This document shows, in pieces, positions 9,584 to 22,065 of a stretch of 64,000 bases of DNA. Made by a program: the position numbers and the translations under genes. Origin of the DNA: an uncultured delta proteobacterium. Lineage in GTDB: Bacteria; Desulfobacterota; Zymogenia; Zymogenales; Zymogenaceae. Numbering within the stretch: position 1 is the first letter of the stretch; each line of letters begins with the position of its first letter. The stretch covers positions 160,001 through 224,000 of the forward strand of contig CAVTLK010000004.1 in NCBI GenBank assembly GCA_963735595.1. The letters are read 5' to 3'. Under the pieces are notes generated by a model. That model saw nothing but the letters and a program-made list of their open reading frames with translations, was not told the DNA's origin and did no database searches.

Positions 9584-10351
9584 TTACGACTTAACGATGA
9601 CCGACGCCTTCGGGTCAAAGGGATTTGACCGCATCGCCAGAGAAAAGAGATAGGGATATTGATCGTGTGAGGTGCTTCATATAGTCTACCCATTGGAGCA
9701 TGAGCGGCCGTATACGCCCTCCTCATGTCCCCGGCCAGGTGAGTGATATCGCTTGCCGGCAGGTTCCGTAATCGTGTCGCGATGGGACAGCTCGTCCATC
9801 AAGTGAAATACCGCCCAGAGGAGGTCGGTGAAGCGCTCGTGTTCGAGAAGGTTTGGGTTCTCAAGGAGCCTCAGGAAAAAGTCCCGGTGATCAGTGAGAA
9901 ACCGCTTCAGGTCCGTCAGGTCGAAATGCGGTAAGGTCCAATATCGGGCGTATAGGATGAAAGCGCCTGTTTCTTTGCCGCGACGCCCCTGGCCGACCAG
10001 TCGGCGTTCAGAAGTACGTCCTGCGCGACGTCCTGAATGTTCGTGTCCGCCGCCGAGATATCCTTGAGCAGCCTCGTTCCCACCTCGCTGAAGAAAGGTC
10101 CCGATGACCATGTTCATCTTGGTCATCATCGCCTCTTTTTCCCGCCGTCTTGAGCAGTCGATCGATAATGATGGTCACCAGCAGAACCTCGATGGGCAGA
10201 AAGGCGATGTCGCCCACCAGGTAGATGAAGATGTGGTGGGAGTCGCGAAAAATGCAGTAGTGGGAGAAAGTAGAGAACCGCCGACAGAACAATAAGTACG
10301 GCGGCCAGTTCTATCGCGAAACAGATCGCGCTTTTGGTCTTTCTTGCTCAT
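9584..10351 (-). CDS. Hypothetical membrane protein (frameshifted)
   Basis: Coherent pieces: [65 protein letters not shown]; resembles a family I recall from anaerobes (not verified). Confidence 0.7.
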
Positions 10352-10452
10352 GTCATTGATTCCTTTGTCGATACTGTTTTTCCGATGCCGGCCGTTATCG
10401 GTCAATCTTCCTGCCGGCGTCTTCTATGATAAGGCGTGTTTCTCGCGCCTCG

Positions 10453-11366
10453 CTATCGGGGTCCATGGATGTCGGCGTCCCATCTCTGTCGGATATCCGG
10501 GGCAAACCGGCCGATAAAGGCCAGCGGGTTTTCCCAGAGGATCGCCCGCGAGATCTCGTCCGAAAGCCCGAAGGCGGCAAAATCGCCGTAGATCGTCCCG
10601 AGGCTACCCATCCCTACGGGATGATCAGTGCCGAAGAGGGTCCTGTCCGAAAAGTCGGTCATCAGGGCGCGAAAGAGCTCGCCCGTTTCCGACCAGTCGC
10701 GGCCCGCGCCGGGCCGGTCAGCAGCGCAAGGTAATTCAGCGCCCCGAAGACATTGGTGGCGTCAAGCCAGACACCCCGGTATCCTTCCATGAGGGCGCGC
10801 ACCTCCCGAAAATAGGGGAAGAGGCAGTGGGAGAGGACGAGCACCAGCCGGGGGAACCGCCGAAGGATACGCTCTATGTCGGCCGGCGGCATCTTCATTC
10901 GGTAGAATTCCTCGAAGCCCGTGTGCAGCACCACCGGCTTTCCATACTCCTCCATCAGCTCGTAGACGACAAACATCCGCTCGTCGGCCGGGTCAAACCG
11001 CTGGACGAAGGGGTGAAATTTAAGCCCCACAAAACGATAACCCTCCATACACTGGCGCGTGACCGCCTCGTTTATCGGGGGTATCCAGGTGCAGGGAGCC
11101 GAAAGGGGCCGCCCTGGGGGAGCCGTTGCGACAGCTCTTCGTTAAATTCATTGAGCGCGTCGGTCTCGTCCGGCCTGAGTGGATAGACATAATTAAAGAA
11201 AAAGGGTATCCCCTTACCGGAGAGGTCCGACACGATCCCCGTCTCGTCTATGTCCGGATTGACCGGGTGATCGGGAAAGGCTTTTCTGATCCAGCGCATG
11301 AGCCCCGCGATTCTCACGGGCGGCATGATATGGACATGGGCGTCGATGATTGGACTGCATTGACAT
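10453..11366 (-). CDS. Amidohydrolase family protein (amidohydro_2 TIM barrel), frameshifted
   Basis: IIDAHVH, GLKFHP, PVVLHTG, LVLSH, LFGTDHP. Confidence 0.85.
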
Positions 11367-11457
11367 GCTGCCGTTAGTTTCCTGGTAAGGGCGGACAAAA
11401 AAATGTGACCGTTAAAGATTCTGCCGCACGTGAGGCCGGGCCCCCGCTACGCCCTGT

Positions 11458-11859
11458 TTATGGTCTGTCTATGGTAATCGGGCTCCCCTCAGGCACGGAC
11501 GAAAGAAGTGCGGGGTCGTCGGTAATATCACCGAAGATGTTTACCGGCGAGGCCGCTCGGATTTCGTCCCCGAGGCTCACGGGTGTCTTGCCGAAGAATA
11601 TGCACAGCGCGTTTCCGTCCGGCCAGTATCCGAGCTCCCCCCTCTGGACAATGTCCCGCGCATCCGGGGCCCGGCCGAGGACGAGCGGAATCGAAAAGTA
11701 TATCTCATCCCCCCAGCGGTTGGCGCGCCCGGAGATGGGAAGGATTCCGAGGATCGCACTGCCTGTCTCGTTTTCGTATATCCGGGCCGGGAGGGCCAGG
11801 CCACCTGTGCGGATGATGACGTTTCTTTCCACGTGGACGTCCATCGACTTCACCACCAT
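11458..11859 (-). CDS. Cyclophilin-like fold protein (TM1367-like)
   Basis: NRWGDEIYFSIP, GELGYWPDGNALCIFFGKTP, ASPVNIFG; start moved downstream because TTGACA-N18-TACAAT lies at 11871-11900. Confidence 0.85.
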   Translation of the reverse strand: MVVKSMDVHVERNVIIRTGGLALPARIYENETGSAILGILPISGRANRWGDEIYFSIPLVLGRAPDARDIVQRGELGYWPDGNALCIFFGKTPVSLGDEIRAASPVNIFGDITDDPALLSSVPEGSPITIDRP

Positions 11860-12042
11860 ATTCCGACTCCATTGTATGGTCACACGCCGCGGCTTGTCAA
11901 GGACATTGTCGGGGCGTCCCCCAATCATCAGGTACACGCCATCCGGCAACCGCCTTCACAAAAGCGGTACAGTGCCCGGCGCCCACCTGTTTGCCCATTT
12001 TCGCCGCTCTTTAGTTTTACGGTCTTATTTGAGAGATTACGC

Positions 12043-12071
12043 TTGACAACCGATCTGCCTTCTGGTTTAAT
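12043..12071 (+). promoter_or_regulatory. Candidate dnaA promoter
   Basis: TTGACA-N17-TTTAAT with TG extension. Confidence 0.55.
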
Positions 12072-12192
12072 GTACGCGAAAATCGATGATTCCTTTTCGT
12101 AATCCGGTCTTTTTTCTCAAGCAGCAATTCACATTCGGACAATGAGATGTAGCCCAGTATTAGTGTTGCAGAGCCGCCGTCTCTTTTTTATA

Positions 12193-12295
12193 AAAAAAGA
12201 GTTGAGTTTTCCACACCTGTTAGCAATTTTGTGGATAACTCAACTTTTTTTTGGTCTAAATTCATGTTTTCCCGTGTTTTTTTGAATTTTCCACA
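12193..12295. other. oriC upstream subregion (DnaA-box cluster)
   Basis: TTTTCCACA 12207-12215, TGTGGATAA (perfect box) 12230-12238, TTTTCCACA 12287-12295; AT-rich; directly upstream of dnaA. Confidence 0.85.
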
Positions 12296-12350
12296 CGGGA
12301 CGTAAAAATAACCCGTTGATATCGTTGTAAAAAAACGCTTCGAGTACGCA

Positions 12351-13694
12351 ATGGACTCTATCTGGACAAAGACAACCGATACAATCAAGGCCAAGATCGG
12401 AGAAAAGACTTACGACCTCTGGTTTAAATCCCTAATATGCAAGGAAATCTCGGACAACCGCGCGATCATCGAAGTCCCCAATAAATTCATCCGTGATTGG
12501 ATTGCGGAACACTACCTGGATATGATCATCGATTGCCTGAAAAAGGGAACGGACCGGGACTATGTCGTCGATTTTTCGATTACCGACTCCCATGACTCGT
12601 CCGTCCACTCGGTTGAGCCGGCAAAGGCGAAGAGCCAGTCCCCCCACCTCAAGGCCCTCCGTCAGCGGCTCAATCCCAACTATACCCTCAAAACCTTTGT
12701 AAAGGGTCCCTCGAACGAATTTGCGAAGGCCGCATGCGAAAAGGTCGCGGAAAATCCCGCCAGGGAGTACAACCCCCTGTTCATCTACGGAGGCGTGGGC
12801 CTGGGGAAGACCCATCTCCTCAACGCGGTAGGGCTCGGCATCATAAAGCGATATCCCGACGCGGCGGTTTATTACATCACGTCTGAGGAGTTCGTCAACG
12901 AGCTGGTAAAATCCATCCGGTACGAGAAGATGGACGAGTTCAGGAAGAAGTTCAGAAACATCGACGTATTGCTCGTGGACGATATCCAGTTCATCGCCGG
13001 CAAGAAGCAGACCCAGGAAGAATTCTTCCACACCTTTAATACCCTATACGAGAATCAGAAACAGATCGTTTTGACCAGCGATAAGATAACCAAGGAGATT
13101 GCGGGGCTCGAAGAGCGGCTTCGCTCCCGGTTTGAGTGGGGGCTCATCGCAGACATCGACTATCCGGACACTGAACATATGGTGGCCATCCTCAAGACAA
13201 AGGCCGAGCGCAACTACTCGGTGGATCTTGCCGATGACGTCGCCTTTTTCATCGCCACGATCGTCGACAATAAACCCAATATCCGGGAGCTCGAGGGTCT
13301 CCTTACCCGCCTCATGGCCGAGGCGTCGCTGGACGGAAAGGAGATCACGCTCGATTTTGCGCGATCGGCCCTCAAGAACTTCATCAGAGACAGGGATCAT
13401 CCCGAGAGTATAGACGGTATTCAAAAGATCGTCGCCAAGTATTTCAAGATAAAGGTGTCTGACCTTAAATCACAACGACGAATCAAGGCGCTGGCCGAGC
13501 CGAGGCAGATTGCCATGTACCTCGCAAAGAAGATCAGCAAAGGGTCGTACCCTGAGATCGGGCAGAAATTCGGAGGGAAAGACCATTCGACGGTCATCCA
13601 CGCGGTAAAGAAAATCGAAGGCAAAATCGCCGCTGATCCGGAATTCAAGAACACGGTATTTGCCATAGAAAACCAGATCAAGCTCAGGGGATAG
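12351..13694 (+). CDS. dnaA: Chromosomal replication initiator DnaA
   Basis: YNPLFIYGGVGLGKTHLL, LLVDDIQF, QEEFFHTFN, RSRFEWGL, GGKDHSTVIHA. Confidence 0.99.
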   Translation: MDSIWTKTTDTIKAKIGEKTYDLWFKSLICKEISDNRAIIEVPNKFIRDWIAEHYLDMIIDCLKKGTDRDYVVDFSITDSHDSSVHSVEPAKAKSQSPHLKALRQRLNPNYTLKTFVKGPSNEFAKAACEKVAENPAREYNPLFIYGGVGLGKTHLLNAVGLGIIKRYPDAAVYYITSEEFVNELVKSIRYEKMDEFRKKFRNIDVLLVDDIQFIAGKKQTQEEFFHTFNTLYENQKQIVLTSDKITKEIAGLEERLRSRFEWGLIADIDYPDTEHMVAILKTKAERNYSVDLADDVAFFIATIVDNKPNIRELEGLLTRLMAEASLDGKEITLDFARSALKNFIRDRDHPESIDGIQKIVAKYFKIKVSDLKSQRRIKALAEPRQIAMYLAKKISKGSYPEIGQKFGGKDHSTVIHAVKKIEGKIAADPEFKNTVFAIENQIKLRG

Positions 13695-13915
13695 CCCTGG
13701 GTAAAAGACCGAGATATCTCTGTGGACAGGTTGTTGATAGGGCGCGGCGAGTAAAAAAACCGGGTTATTCACCGTCTGTCCCCGACTTTTTTTGTACCGA
13801 AAACGGGAGTTTTGATATATACTTAGCCAACCCTATCCACAGTTAACAGAGTATAGTGCTACTATTCTTATAATATATATATAGTATAGATAGAGCAACG
13901 CAAAGGAGACAATGA
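13695..13915. other. oriC unwinding subregion (dnaA-dnaN intergenic)
   Basis: Box-like TGTGGACAG 13721, TGTTGATAG 13732, TTATTCACC 13765, CTATCCACA 13833; trio-like CTACTATTCTTA 13859-13870; TA-rich run TAATATATATATAG. Confidence 0.85.
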
Positions 13916-15037
13916 ATGGAATGGAAGATAGAAAAAGAGGATATTCTCAAGGGGCTTGCCAGGACCCAGAGTATCGTCGAGAAGAAAAATACTATTCAAA
14001 TTCTCTCCAACGTCCTACTCAAGCTGACCGGCAATGACCTGACGATCGAGGCGACGGATCTCGAGGTAGGGGTAAGCGCGACATACGAATGTGAAGGCAT
14101 AGTCCCCGGCGGCGTTACGGTTGACGCCAAAACTCTCTACGAGGTAGTGAGGCAGATACCGGAAGGTCTCGTCATACATTTTAAAAAGAAAGATAATAAC
14201 TGGCTTGAAATTTCCGCCGGAAGGTCGGTTTTTAATCTCGTTGGACTGGCCCCGGAGGACTTCCCGGAGGTCCCGGTGCCGACCGGCGAGAGCCAGTGGA
14301 ACATGAACCCCGCTATCCTCAAGGGGATGATCGAAAAGACGATATTTGCTGTCTCCCAGGAGGATATGCGGTATAACCTCTCGGGCGTCTTTATCGAGAT
14401 CACCCAGGACGGCAAGAACAAGAAGATCAGAATGGTGGCGACCGACGGACACCGCCTGTCCCTGGTCGATTCCGAGTTCGAGGGCGAAATCCCGATTCCC
14501 GCGTCACAGGGAGTTATTGTACCGAAGAAGGGGCTGTCGGAATTAAGTAAGATCCTCGATGAAGGCGACGAACCTGTCGGGATGAGACTTGAAGGTAATA
14601 ACCTCATCGTAAAGCGTGACCGGCTTACTCTTGTCATGAGGCTCGTCGATGGAAGATTTCCCGACTACCGGCAGGTAATACCGGCGGGTAACGATAAGGT
14701 GATCACGGTTTCGCGCGAGGATTTTATCAGGACAATCAGGCGGGTATCTATCCTGTCGTACGAGCGGGTGAAGATGGTGAAGTTTCGTATCACGCCGTCA
14801 TCCATGGAAATCACGTCTGAGAGCCCGGATATGGGAACGGCCAGGGAGGAGGTCCCGGTGCAGTACGAAGGTCCGGAGATGAGCATCGGCTTCAATTCGA
14901 ACTACCTGTTGGATATCCTCGGTGCCATGGACGATCAGGAGGTCCTTATAAAACTCCTGGACGAGTCAAGCCCGGGCGAGGTTCGTCCCGCAAAAGAGAA
15001 GGACTACTTCTTCATCATCATGCCGATGAAAATATAG
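13916..15037 (+). CDS. dnaN: DNA polymerase III beta sliding clamp
   Basis: ILSNVLL, ATDLE, MVATDGHRL, GRFPDYRQVIP, IGFNSNYLLD, IIMPM. Confidence 0.99.
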   Translation: MEWKIEKEDILKGLARTQSIVEKKNTIQILSNVLLKLTGNDLTIEATDLEVGVSATYECEGIVPGGVTVDAKTLYEVVRQIPEGLVIHFKKKDNNWLEISAGRSVFNLVGLAPEDFPEVPVPTGESQWNMNPAILKGMIEKTIFAVSQEDMRYNLSGVFIEITQDGKNKKIRMVATDGHRLSLVDSEFEGEIPIPASQGVIVPKKGLSELSKILDEGDEPVGMRLEGNNLIVKRDRLTLVMRLVDGRFPDYRQVIPAGNDKVITVSREDFIRTIRRVSILSYERVKMVKFRITPSSMEITSESPDMGTAREEVPVQYEGPEMSIGFNSNYLLDILGAMDDQEVLIKLLDESSPGEVRPAKEKDYFFIIMPMKI

Positions 15038-15083
15038 TTCCAGGACGCTACAATTTGTGGTATGATAAAACGTTTATCGTTAA

Positions 15084-17525
<2,442 letters not shown>

Positions 17526-17723
17526 CGCTTATCGGGGAGACGGTACTCGGCCGCGAGCCGAGGTTATCTCATACCGTCGGCAAGGCGGGCGACGCCCCGG
17601 GCGTTGGACGGGTTCAGATGGATACGGCAATTAACGACAAGAGAGTGGCGGCACAGACCGCATAACGGAGTCCCGAGATGGAAGATGACGGGGACTCTTC
17701 TCTGTACGTGAGGAGAATCAGGG

Positions 17724-20171
17724 ATGGACGAAGTACGGTCGCATACGACGGCCATTAACATAGAAGACGAGATGCGCCGCTCGTACATCGATTACGCCAT
17801 GAGCGTCATCATCGGGCGCGCCATCCCGGACGTCCGTGACGGCCTCAAGCCGGTGCACCGTCGTATTTTGTATGCGATGTATGAGCTCAGGAACTTCCAC
17901 GACGAGCCGCACAAAAAATCGGCGCGCGTCGTTGGGGACGTAATCGGTAAGTTTCACCCTCACGGCGACGTGGCGGTATATGACGCCCTGGTCAGGATGG
18001 CGCAGGACTTCAACATGAGGCACCTGTTGGTAGACGGACAGGGCAACTTCGGCTCGATTGACGGGGACCCCCCGGCGGCCATGCGGTATACCGAGGTGCG
18101 CATGGCAAAATTCGCCAGGCACCTCCTGGACGACATCGAGAAGAACACCGTCGATTTTGTTCCCAACTACGATGAGACACGGGAAGAACCGACGATACTT
18201 CCGGCGCGGTTTCCCAACCTGCTGCTCAACGGCTCCTCGGGCATCGCCGTGGGCATGGCTACCAATATACCGCCGCACAACTTGGGTGAATTGATCGATG
18301 CCATTATCGCGATCATAAAAACCCCGGACATAAGCGTAAAGGAGCTCATGAAAATCGTTCCCGGCCCCGACTTTCCTACCCGGGGATTTATCTACGGGAC
18401 GGCAGGCATCAAAGAGGCCTACGAAAAGGGGCGCGGGAGAATCGTGCTGCGGGCGAGGGCGAAAATCGAGACGCAGCCCCGAACCGGCAAGACCGCCATC
18501 GTCATCACCGAGATACCGTATAGCGTCAACAAGGCCAAGCTCATCGAGAGAATAGCGGACCTGGTGAGAAACAAGAAGATCGAGGGCATCAGCGACCTGA
18601 GGGACGAGTCGGACAGGGAGGGGATGCGGATCGTCGTTGAGCTCAAGAAGGAGGCCCTGCCCCCTATCGTGCTCAACCGGCTCTACAGCCTGACGCCGAT
18701 GGAGAACACCTTCGGGGTTATCATGCTCGCTATCGTTGCCGGCAGGCCCCGCGTACTTACCCTGAAGGAAGCGCTCCTCTATTTCATCTACCACCGGCGG
18801 GAGGTGGTGACCCGGCGGACGAAATTCGACCTCGAAAAGGCCCTGGAACGCGCCCATATCCTCGAAGGCCTGGTCAAGGCGATTCAGAACATCGACGAAG
18901 TCATCAGCATCATAAAGGCCTCCAAGACCCAGCCGGAGGCAAAGGAACGATTGATCTCCCGATTCTCGTTTTCCGATATCCAGGCCCAAGCAATCCTCGA
19001 TATGCGGCTGGGCAGGCTTACGTCCCTTGAAATAGAAAAGCTCCTCAAGGAGTACGAAGAAGTCCTTGCCCTCATCGAGATGCTGCGCAAGATCCTGTCC
19101 GACGAAAAGGAGCTCATTAAGGTCATCGTCGAGGAGTTGATCGCGATAAAAGAGGAATTCGCCGACGAACGCCGAACCGAGATCGTCTCGGAAACGAAGG
19201 AGCTCACGCTGGAAGACCTCGTTGCCCAGGAGGACATGGTCGTTACCGTTTCTCACAACGGCTACATCAAGCGGACGCCGCTATCCCAGTACCGTTCCCA
19301 GCATCGGGGCGGAAAGGGGATATCGGCAATGGATATGGCAGAAGGCGACTTCATTGAAAGCCTTTTTACCGCCCAGACCCACGACCACGTCCTGGTCTTT
19401 TCCGACACGGGCAAGGCCTACGGCCTTCGGGTGCACGAGATACCCCAGGCGGCCCGGGTCAGCAAGGGCAGGTCGGTAGCAAACCTGGTGCAGATGCAGC
19501 CCGACGAAAAGGTCGCCTCGATGCTGGTGGTGCCCGACGTCGGTAACCAGGCGCATATCATCATGCTGACCGAGCGGGGGATGATAAAAAAGAGCCCGGC
19601 GTCCGAATTCGCCAATGCACGCCATACGGGGATAGTTGCAGTGGGGCTTGGCGAGGAAGACCGCCTGGTGACCGCCAAGACCGTGGACGCGGGAGCCGAG
19701 ATCGTCCTGGTGACTGAAAACGGCAACGCGGTTCGGTTCTCCGAGGAAGAGGTCAGGCCCATGGGGCGCGCGGCCCAGGGGGTCAAGGCGGTCAGGCTCT
19801 CCTCGAAAGACCGGGTGGTGGGCATGGCGCTGATCACCGAGGGATGCAGCATACTTACCGCCACGGCCAACGGGTTCGGCAAGCGGACCAAGGAGGACGA
19901 GTACCCGACGTTCAAGCGGGGCGGGAAGGGGGTTATTGCTCTCCGGGCTACCGAAAAGACCGGGAAGCTCATCGGCATACGGAGCATACTGCCCGATGAT
20001 GAGATTATCATGATATCGGACAAGGGGAAGTTTCTCAGGCTCAAGGCATCATCCGTCTCGATCATCGGGAGAAACACCCAGGGGGTGCGTCTGATGAACC
20101 TGGACCCGGGGGAACGGCTCGTCGGCATTGCGGTACTGGCCGAGAAGGAGGAGGAAAACGGTAATGCGTAG
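17724..20171 (+). CDS. gyrA: DNA gyrase subunit A
   Basis: [28 protein letters not shown]; GyrA-box QHRGGKG present. Confidence 0.99.
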   Translation: MDEVRSHTTAINIEDEMRRSYIDYAMSVIIGRAIPDVRDGLKPVHRRILYAMYELRNFHDEPHKKSARVVGDVIGKFHPHGDVAVYDALVRMAQDFNMRHLLVDGQGNFGSIDGDPPAAMRYTEVRMAKFARHLLDDIEKNTVDFVPNYDETREEPTILPARFPNLLLNGSSGIAVGMATNIPPHNLGELIDAIIAIIKTPDISVKELMKIVPGPDFPTRGFIYGTAGIKEAYEKGRGRIVLRARAKIETQPRTGKTAIVITEIPYSVNKAKLIERIADLVRNKKIEGISDLRDESDREGMRIVVELKKEALPPIVLNRLYSLTPMENTFGVIMLAIVAGRPRVLTLKEALLYFIYHRREVVTRRTKFDLEKALERAHILEGLVKAIQNIDEVISIIKASKTQPEAKERLISRFSFSDIQAQAILDMRLGRLTSLEIEKLLKEYEEVLALIEMLRKILSDEKELIKVIVEELIAIKEEFADERRTEIVSETKELTLEDLVAQEDMVVTVSHNGYIKRTPLSQYRSQHRGGKGISAMDMAEGDFIESLFTAQTHDHVLVFSDTGKAYGLRVHEIPQAARVSKGRSVANLVQMQPDEKVASMLVVPDVGNQAHIIMLTERGMIKKSPASEFANARHTGIVAVGLGEEDRLVTAKTVDAGAEIVLVTENGNAVRFSEEEVRPMGRAAQGVKAVRLSSKDRVVGMALITEGCSILTATANGFGKRTKEDEYPTFKRGGKGVIALRATEKTGKLIGIRSILPDDEIIMISDKGKFLRLKASSVSIIGRNTQGVRLMNLDPGERLVGIAVLAEKEEENGNA

Positions 20172-21153
20172 GGCTTATATTACGATTCTGGGGATTCTCT
20201 TCATCATTGGTCTGGCTTCCTGTGCAAAGGATCCCCTCAAGGATGACTTTGAGAGGGCCGATAAGCTGTGCGAAAAAGAGCACTATGAAGAAGCGGCCGA
20301 GATGTTTCGGGAGATCGCCATCCTCAATCCCCACTCGGACTACGCGGCCCAGGCGCTGTTTAGATCGGGCACGATCAACTTCTTATACCTCAAACGCTAC
20401 GAAGACGCCGTCGAAGACTTCGCCTATCTCGTCTATTACTATCCCGATGATGAGCTCGCTTTCGAATCGCAGGCCGATATCGTCGACATATACATGAATA
20501 AGATGGGCAATTACGGGCAGGCTATCGTGGAGCTGAGAAAGCTTATCGAGAACTACCCCGGCCACGACGATATCGACCAGTATCAATACAAGCTTGCGCG
20601 CTGCTACTATTCTATGCGGGACTTCGACCAGGCCAGGCTCGAATACCTGATCCTTTTGGATACCTATCACCGTACGAAGCTCAAACCCGAGATATATTTC
20701 GACATCGCCAACACGTACTATGTAGAGGGGGGCGGTAAAGTCGATAAAGCCATCGAGTACTATACGAAGTTGATCGACGGATATCCTGATTCACCCCTCG
20801 TGATGGAGGCCATGTTTTATACCGCTGCGGCCCTCGAGGAGAAGGGTGATCTGGACGAAGCTCTCAAGGCCTACGAGGAGCTGCTGCCGGTCTACCCGAA
20901 CCCGAGTATGGTGGCGCTCAGGATCGAGGGGATAAAGGGCATCATCCAGAAAAAGGCCTCCCCCGCACCGATGGATAACTCCATGGGCCTGGGCGCAACC
21001 GAAGGGGAAGTAATCGAAGGAAGCGGGGACGATAACGCGCCGCCGGCGGTAGGCGATAACGAAAAGCCGGACGGCATCATTATCAAGACGCCGGATAAGA
21101 AGAAGGAGACGCCGCCCGATACGGCGGGTACGGCGCCGGATTCCCCAAAGTAG
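20164..21153 (+). CDS. TPR-repeat lipoprotein (BamD/CpoB-like)
   Basis: Lipobox GLASC after a hydrophobic signal; TPR-like repeats (YPDDE, YPGHD, YPDSP); low-complexity tail; overlaps gyrA stop. Confidence 0.8.
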   Translation: MRRAYITILGILFIIGLASCAKDPLKDDFERADKLCEKEHYEEAAEMFREIAILNPHSDYAAQALFRSGTINFLYLKRYEDAVEDFAYLVYYYPDDELAFESQADIVDIYMNKMGNYGQAIVELRKLIENYPGHDDIDQYQYKLARCYYSMRDFDQARLEYLILLDTYHRTKLKPEIYFDIANTYYVEGGGKVDKAIEYYTKLIDGYPDSPLVMEAMFYTAAALEEKGDLDEALKAYEELLPVYPNPSMVALRIEGIKGIIQKKASPAPMDNSMGLGATEGEVIEGSGDDNAPPAVGDNEKPDGIIIKTPDKKKETPPDTAGTAPDSPK

Positions 21154-21212
21154 TGGATGCCACCCCTGGTTGACGGGTACGGTAACATCGTATCCGATTG
21201 TGGAGGCCCGCG

Positions 21213-21929
21213 ATGAACCATATCGCCCTTGAGACCGGGATCTTGTGGGGTCGGCTGACGCAAGACCAGGGTTATACCGACGCGACCAACCAGGCAATCG
21301 CAATCCTCAGAGATCCCCATCATTTCCAGTGGTATCTTGTCCCCATCTTCGTCGCCGTCTTCTATATTTATTTTGCCGAAATCGAGAAGAAGAACTGGAA
21401 CGCAGTTATTGCCGGCCTCGCCTTCTGGGGCGTGGAATGGCTCTTTGAGATCATCAACGCCCTGTTTCTGACCGTCAACGGCACCTCGGCGCTCTGGACC
21501 ACGCCCTGCGTCAACGCGTCCACCGGCGTCGTTAACAGCGCGTATAACATACTGGTTGGGCTCAACGTCGAGATCAGCCTGATGTTTCTGTTCATGGGCG
21601 TAATATTCGCAAAGGCATTGCCGTCGGAGAGAGACAAAAAGGCCCTGGGGATCAGCAACCGGACGCTCCTGGCGCTTCTCTTCGCGACCCTCTGCGTGGG
21701 CGTCGAGGTAGTCCTTAATTTCTGGGACGCCCTGATCTGGGAGTATTGGTGGTGGAACTGGTATAACCCGATCCTGATAATCGCCATGGCCTATTTTCCG
21801 CTCATCCGGACCTCGTTCTGGGTCTATGATCTGAAACCGAGAAAGACGCAGCTCGCCGTCACCGCCGCGATATACGTCGTCGATGCGCTGCTCCTGGTCG
21901 TCTGCATGGGCGTTTTTGGGTGGATCTGA
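21213..21929 (+). CDS. Hypothetical multi-pass membrane protein
   Basis: About 6 hydrophobic segments, Trp-rich; SD GGAGG before ATG 21213. Confidence 0.75.
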   Translation: MNHIALETGILWGRLTQDQGYTDATNQAIAILRDPHHFQWYLVPIFVAVFYIYFAEIEKKNWNAVIAGLAFWGVEWLFEIINALFLTVNGTSALWTTPCVNASTGVVNSAYNILVGLNVEISLMFLFMGVIFAKALPSERDKKALGISNRTLLALLFATLCVGVEVVLNFWDALIWEYWWWNWYNPILIIAMAYFPLIRTSFWVYDLKPRKTQLAVTAAIYVVDALLLVVCMGVFGWI

Positions 21930-22065
21930 AAAGGGGGACGCGTCAGCCGGGGTGCATGTGCGGATAGTGTTGTTTAAAAGAACCGGGCGGCCAAATGCCA
22001 AATGAAATGGCCGCCCGATTTGTTGGTGGTGAGATCTCCGGGGCATGGTTTTATAGGGAGAGGGT

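Noticed and set aside
17718..19256. Long antisense ORFs (512 aa opposite gyrA; 459 aa opposite uvrA; 421 aa opposite the oxidoreductase)
   Set aside because: Shadow ORFs expected from high-GC codon bias; no recognisable motifs.
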